This document shows positions 57,476 through 64,000 of a DNA stretch of 64,000 nucleotides, piece by piece (the first letter of the stretch is position 1; the number at the start of each line of letters is the position of its first letter). Below the pieces are notes generated by a model, which did not search any database, was not told where the DNA came from, and worked only from the letters and a program-made list of their open reading frames with translations. Source of the DNA: Nemertoderma westbladi (lineage: Eukaryota; Animalia; Xenacoelomorpha); assembly GCA_032718475.1 (NCBI GenBank), contig JAUCBJ010002701.1, positions 6,047 to 70,046 on the forward strand. Reading direction: 5' to 3'. The translations under genes and the position numbers were made by a program.

Positions 57476-58013
57476 TGATTTGGTGGATGCGTCGTCGCTG
57501 ATTGGGAGTGGGATGATTTGGTGGATGCGTCGTCGCTGATTGGGAGTGGGATGATTTGGTGGATGCGTCGTCGCTGATTGGGAGTGGGATGATTTGGTGG
57601 ATGCGTCGTCGCTGATTGGGAGTGGGATGATTTGGTGGATGCGTCGTCGCTGATTGGGAGTGGGATGATTTGGTGGATGCGTCGTCGCTGATTGGGAGTG
57701 GGATGATTTGGTGGATGCGTCGTCGCTGATTGGGAGTGGGATGATTTGGTGGATGCGTCGTCGCTGATTGGGAGTGGGATGATTTGGTGGATGCGTCGTC
57801 GCTGATTGGGAGTGGGATGATTTGGTGGATGCGTCGTCGCTGATTGGGAGTGGGATGATTTGGTGGATGCGTCGTCGCTGATTGGGAGTGGGATGATTTG
57901 GTGGATGCGTCGTCGCTGATTGGGAGTGGGATGATTTGGTGGATGCGTCGTCGCTGATTGGGAGTGGGATGATTTGGTGGATGCGTCGTCGCTGATTGGG
58001 AGTGGGATGATTT
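57476..58013. repeat. 38-bp minisatellite (~14 near-identical copies) derived from LINE ORF1
   Basis: GATTTGGTGGATGCGTCGTCGCTGATTGGGAGTGGGAT; the last unit reads IIPLPISDDASTK in frame into KSFHL. Confidence 0.93.
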
Positions 58014-59588
58014 GATCGATAATTAGTAATTACAATAATTCATTTATTTTATTTATAGACCGCCTAAATTACTCCATATGTATGGATATGAAATTAAATT
58101 ATATTATATTATAAAAATGCCTGTTCACCACCATTAATTAACCATTTTTATTACCATTTTGGCTTACTCGTTACACAACTTCTCTACGAAGGGGGCACTT
58201 AAGTAACCCCACTTCCACTTATCCTATCATTAATAAATTGTCTAATTGTTTGAATCAGTAACAGTACCGGTTCCTCATCTATTGTGCAGTTTTTTATGCT
58301 TTTACAAATTTTCTGTTCCGATCTGTCTTCCAACAACGTAGCTATTAGCGACAGCCCGGTGTAAATTGTATTCATTTACCGATGAATCTCAACTTAATTT
58401 ATGTAAATGTGTACCTTTTTAAGGATGATGGTGTGGGGGATTTGAGACTTCTGCTATGTTCGTTGCCCCGGGCGCGCGTTCGATATTTCGCTTCCACTGC
58501 AAGACAGAAAGTAATTGCATCATCCGGTGCAAACTAGAGACATTTTGGCATAAAATAAAAAAGTAAAAAAGTAATTTATTTCACATATCGGAATAATTTA
58601 CAATGTCTTGCTGCCGTTTGATGATCCCAAAAATATAAATTTCTTTCAGCGAAAATCGAAGACAACAATTTACTGAAAGACACAACTTAGGCTGGAGAAG
58701 CACTAAATGAAATTATTATTAAGGAAGTGGTAATGGTACCGGTGACTTGTTTATTGGAACTGGTGTGAGATTTCTTCCAGATTTAAACCAGGCGCCTTCC
58801 CATTCGCCTTGCGTCGATTTCTAATTAACTGGAAGTGATTCAGCACTGAGGGGAGCTGTAGGGAGTTAGTTTGTCTGGCAATATCCGATGACAATTAGGG
58901 AAAACACCAACTGAACATAATAATATTGTAAGGTGAAGCCGAAACCCGAGTTTATAAAAGCCAAAGTTCATATAATTATCTGAACTAATTTTAATTGGAT
59001 TAAAGGTCTCTCTACACACAACTCAGCAGCATTAATTTCCAAGAAAATGAGTTAAGAATTTCCAAGAAGAGAGAGTCATGTTACCGCAGCTAACAATTCA
59101 GTAAATATGACACATTGTTTCTGCAGGGTGATGATCGAGTTTATCTTAGTAGGCCATACGCTTATTAAATCCCAGCTGAATGCTTCTTCCTAGCAAATTT
59201 GATTGAGTTTGTGATGTCGAAAATTGCCAGCATGGAAAGCAGAAACAAATGATAAAAAGGTTTTAAATTTAGCATCACTAGTAGAATACAAAACTACAAA
59301 TCACAAACATCACACACATCGCACACACTGTGTAGTTGCATTTCATTTTCTTTATATTTATTACTAAGTGCACTAATTTTAAACTAAATCATTTTAATTA
59401 TTAAACAGATTATCTGCTCTTGGGATGTATATTCTCTAAAAATTATTAACATTATAAATCTATAAATTTAGTCCGGAGTGGGATCATTAGATTTGAAACC
59501 AGATTTGATTTTTATTTTTTATGAAGTTAAATGTATGTAATTAATTTGTAAGTTTACTATAAATTGCACTCTATTTATATTGTTTCAG

Positions 59589-59733
59589 AGAAATCACATT
59601 GTTCGCTATATTCTCATGTTTTATACCTTTGACAATCGTATTCGTCTGTTACACCATAATAGCATATACATTGTGCCGTCCACCTGAGTTGGAGCATACC
59701 TGGAGTTCGGAGCAGGCTATTGGACGACGTAAG
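59589..59733 (+). CDS. GPCR exon 2 (TM5 and ICL3)
   Basis: Acceptor TGTTTCAG, phase-compatible with exon 1; FIPLTIVFVCYTIIAYTL; ends GRRK at AAG|GTAAGT. TM6-7 are not in the window. Confidence 0.88.
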
Positions 59734-62700
59734 GTAAGTAATATGTGGGCTACCAAGCAGGCTATTGGACGACGCAAAGTAAGTGATATGTGGACTAGCA
59801 AGCAGGCTATTGGACGACCCAAAGTAAGTGATATGTGGACTACCAAGCAGGCTATTGGACGACGTAAGGTAAGTAATATGTGGACTACCAAGCAGGCTAT
59901 TGGACGACCCAAAGTAAGTGATATGTGGACTAGCAAGCAGGCTATTGGACTACCCAAAGTAAGTGATATGTGACTACCAAATTGGACGACGCAAGGTAAG
60001 TGATATGTGGACTAGCAAGGAGGCTATTGGACGATCCAAAGTAAGTGATATGTGGACTACCAAGCAGGCTATTGGACGACGCAAAGTAAGTGATATGTGG
60101 ACTAGCAAGCAGGCTATTGGACGACCCAAAGTAAGTGATATGTGGACTACCAAGCAGGCTATTGGACGACGTAAGGTAAGTAATATGTGGACTACCAAGC
60201 AGGCTATTGGACGACCCAAAGTAAGTGATATGTGGACTAGCAAGCAGGCTATTGGACTACCCAAAGTAAGTGATATGTGACTACCAAATTGGACGACGCA
60301 AGGTAAGTGATATGTGGACTAGCAAGGAGGCTATTGGACGATCCAAAGTAAGTGATATGTGGACTACCAAGCAGGCTATTGGACGACGCAAAGTAAGTGA
60401 TATGTGGACTAGCAAGGAGGCTATTGGACGATCCAAAGTAAGTGATATGTGGACTACCAAGCAGGCTATTGGACGACGCAAAGTAAGTGATATGTGGACT
60501 ACCAAGCAGGCTATTGGACGACCCAAAGTAAGTGATATGTGGACTAGCAAGCAGGCTATTGGACTACCCAAAGTAAGTGATATGTGACTACCAAATTGGA
60601 CGACGCAAGGTAAGTGATATGTGGACTAGCAAGGAGGCTATTGGACGATCCAAAGTAAGTGATATGTGGACTACCAAGCAGGCTATTGGACGACGCAAGG
60701 TAAGTAATATGTGGACTACCAAGCAGGCTATTGGACGACGTAAGGTAAGTAATATGTGGACTACCAAGCAGGCTATTGGACGACCCAAAGTAAGTGATAT
60801 GTGGACTACCAAGCAGGCTATTGGACGACGCAAAGTAAGTGATATGTGGACTAGCAAGCAGGCTATTGGACGACCCAAAGTAAGTGATATGTGGATTAGC
60901 AAGCAGGCTATTGGACGACCCAAAGTAAGTGATATGTGGACTAGCAAGCAGGCTATTGGACTACCCAAAGTAAGTGATATGTGACTACCAAATTGGACGA
61001 CGCAAGGTAAGTGATATGTGGACTAGCAAGGAGGCTATTGGACGATCCAAAGTAAGTGATATGTGGACTACCAAGCAGGCTATTGGACGACGCAAAGTAA
61101 GTGATATGTGGACTAGCAAGCAGGCTATTGGACGACCCAAAGTAAGTGATATGTGGACTAGCAAGCAGGCTATTGGACGACCCAAAGTAAGTGATATGTG
61201 GACTACCAAGCAGGCTATTGGACGACGCAAAGTAAGTGATATGTGGACTAGCAAGCAGGCTATTGGACGACCCAAAGTAAGTGATATGTGGACTAGCAAG
61301 CAGGCTATTGGACGACCCAAAGTAAGTGATATGTGGACTAGCAAGCAGGCTATTGGACGACCCAAAGTAAGTGATATGTGGACTACCAAGCAGGCTATTG
61401 GACGACGCAAAGTAAGTGATATGTGGACTACCAAGCAGGCTATTGGACGACGCAAAGTAAGTGATATGTGGACTAGCAAGCAGGCTATTGGACGACCCAA
61501 AGTAAGTGATATGTGGACTACCAAGCAGGCTATTGGACGACCCAAAGTAAGTGATATGTGGACTAGCAAGCAGGCTATTGGACTACCCAAAGTAAGTGAT
61601 ATGTGACTACCAAATTGGACGACGCAAGGTAAGTGATATGTGGACTAGCAAGGAGGCTATTGGACGATCCAAAGTAAGTGATATGTGGACTACCAAGCAG
61701 GCTATTGGACGACGCAAAGTAAGTGATATGTGGACTAGCAAGGAGGCTATTGGACGATCCAAAGTAAGTGATATGTGGACTACCAAGCAGGCTATTGGAC
61801 GACGCAAAGTAAGTGATATGTGGACTACCAAGCAGGCTATTGGACGACCCAAAGTAAGTGATATGTGGACTAGCAAGCAGGCTATTGGACTACCCAAAGT
61901 AAGTGATATGTGACTACCAAATTGGACGACGCAAGGTAAGTGATATGTGGACTAGCAAGGAGGCTATTGGACGATCCAAAGTAAGTGATATGTGGACTAC
62001 CAAGCAGGCTATTGGACGACGCAAGGTAAGTAATATGTGGACTACCAAGCAGGCTATTGGACGACGTAAGGTAAGTAATATGTGGACTACCAAGCAGGCT
62101 ATTGGACGACCCAAAGTAAGTGATATGTGGACTACCAAGCAGGCTATTGGACGACGCAAAGTAAGTGATATGTGGACTAGCAAGCAGGCTATTGGACGAC
62201 CCAAAGTAAGTGATATGTGGATTAGCAAGCAGGCTATTGGACGACCCAAAGTAAGTGATATGTGGACTAGCAAGCAGGCTATTGGACTACCCAAAGTAAG
62301 TGATATGTGACTACCAAATTGGACGACGCAAGGTAAGTGATATGTGGACTAGCAAGGAGGCTATTGGACGATCCAAAGTAAGTGATATGTGGACTACCAA
62401 GCAGGCTATTGGACGACGCAAAGTAAGTGATATGTGGACTAGCAAGCAGGCTATTGGACGACCCAAAGTAAGTGATATGTGGACTAGCAAGCAGGCTATT
62501 GGACGACCCAAAGTAAGTGATATGTGGACTACCAAGCAGGCTATTGGACGACGCAAAGTAAGTGATATGTGGACTAGCAAGCAGGCTATTGGACGACCCA
62601 AAGTAAGTGATATGTGGACTAGCAAGCAGGCTATTGGACTACCCAAAGTAAGTGATATGTGACTACCAAATTGGACGACGCAAGGTAAGTGATATGTGGA

Positions 62701-64000
62701 CTAGCAAGGAGGCTATTGGACGATCCAAAGTAAGTAATATGTGTACTACCAAGCAGGCTATTGGACGACGCAAAGTAAGTGATATGTGGACTAGCAAGCA
62801 GGCTATTGGACGACCCAAAGTAAGTGATATGTGGACTAGCAAGCAGGCTATTGGACGACCCAAAGTAAGTGATATGTGGACTACCAAGCAGGCTATTGGA
62901 CGACGCAAAGTAAGTGATATGTGGACTAGCAAGCAGGCTATTGGACGACCCAAAGTAAGTGATATGTGGACTAGCAAGCAGGCTATTGGACGACCCAAAG
63001 TAAGTGATATGTGACTACCAAATTGGACGACGCAAGATAAGTGATATGTGGACTAGCAAGCAGGCTATTGGACGATCCAAAGTAAGTAATATGTGGACTA
63101 CCAAGCAGGCTATTGGACGACGCAAAGTAAGTGATATGTGGACTAGCAAGCAGGCTATTGGACGACCCAAAGTAAGTGATATGTGGACTAGCAAGCAGGC
63201 TATTGGACGACCCAAAGTAAGTGATATGTGACTACCAAGCGGCTATTGGACGACGCAAAGTAAGTGATATGTGGACTAGCAAGCAGGCTATTGGACGATC
63301 CAAAGTAAGTGATATGTGGACTACCAAGCAGGCTATTGGACGACGCAAGGTAAGTAATATGTGGACTACCAAGCAGGCTATTGGACGACCCAAGGTAAGT
63401 AATATGTGGACTACCAAGCAGGCTATTGGACGACCCAAAGTAAGTGATATGTGGACTACCAAGCAGGCTATTGGACGACGCAAAGTAAGTGATATGTGGA
63501 CTAGCAAGCAGGCTATTGGACGACCCAAAGTAAGTGATATGTGGATTAGCAAGCAGGCTATTGGACGACCCAAAGTAAGTGATATGTGGACTAGCAAGCA
63601 GGCTATTGGACTACCCAAAGTAAGTGATATGTGACTACCAAATTGGACGACGCAAGGTAAGTGATATGTGGACTAGCAAGGAGGCTATTGGACGATCCAA
63701 AGTAAGTGATATGTGGACTACCAAGCAGGCTATTGGACGACGCAAAGTAAGTGATATGTGGACTAGCAAGCAGGCTATTGGACGACCCAAAGTAAGTGAT
63801 ATGTGGACTAGCAAGCAGGCTATTGGACGACCCAAAGTAAGTGATATGTGGACTACCAAGCAGGCTATTGGACGACGCAAAGTAAGTGATATGTGGACTA
63901 GCAAGCAGGCTATTGGACGACCCAAAGTAAGTGATATGTGGACTAGCAAGCAGGCTATTGGACTACCCAAAGTAAGTGATATGTGACTACCAAATTGGAC
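59711..64000. repeat. 45-bp minisatellite spanning the exon-intron junction (~95 copies, runs off the window end)
   Basis: Unit AGCAGGCTATTGGACGAC(G/C)CAAA|GTAAGTGATATGTGGACTA(C/G)CA, with a periodic 37-bp deletion variant. Confidence 0.97.

Larger units (their letters stand above)
54210..58018 (-). mobile_element. RTE-X-like LINE, 5'-truncated within ORF1
   Basis: 14-bp TSD ATAATTAGTAATTA at 54196-54209 and 58019-58032; A-rich tail; ORF1 C-terminus (KSFHL...LMNPEIWDDGILIK); APE-RT-CCHC ORF2. The clade call rests on motif style only. Confidence 0.85.
54001..58109 (+). mobile_element. 5'-truncated LINE 3' end (54001-54209 plus 58033-58109), split by a second LINE
   Basis: 12-bp TSD TATAAAAATGCC at 53989-54000 and 58110-58121; translation ICNGYHHKLC...CVCWVC...EHY*SC matches the C-terminal Cys/His pattern of the inner LINE. 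Confidence 0.75.

Noticed and set aside
59963-63986. Repetitive ORFs on both strands as genes
   Set aside because: Artefacts of a 45-bp (15-codon) unit downstream of a strong splice donor.

Overview
Repeat-rich, AT-rich eukaryotic (metazoan-like) DNA with spliceosomal introns. The centrepiece is an intact, young, ~18.9-kb BEL/Pao LTR retrotransposon (8142-27059, minus strand). It has ~2.2-kb LTRs and a GATAT target-site duplication (TSD), and it is inserted into a 105-bp satellite. Three features of this element are unusual. (i) A second large ORF (~1235 aa) lies in the env position, has three CCHC zinc knuckles and shows no Env features. (ii) There is no tRNA-type PBS; instead the 12 nt next to the 5' LTR are perfectly complementary to a 12-mer inside the LTR, suggesting self-priming. 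(iii) Eight copies of one 18-nt stem-loop (YGYG tetraloop, with a compensatory change and G-U pairs only on the sense strand) are spread every 1.1-2.6 kb through coding and non-coding regions. The window also holds four 5' exons of a minus-strand single-pass membrane protein gene and two exons of a class A peptide GPCR. Other mobile elements are RTE and RTE-X-like LINEs (some nested), two tRNA-derived SINEs, a non-autonomous Transib-like element with asymmetric RSS-like ends, and an IS3EU-like fragment. Several of the many minisatellites start at or just after splice donors. All calls come from reading the sequence by eye; no searches were run.
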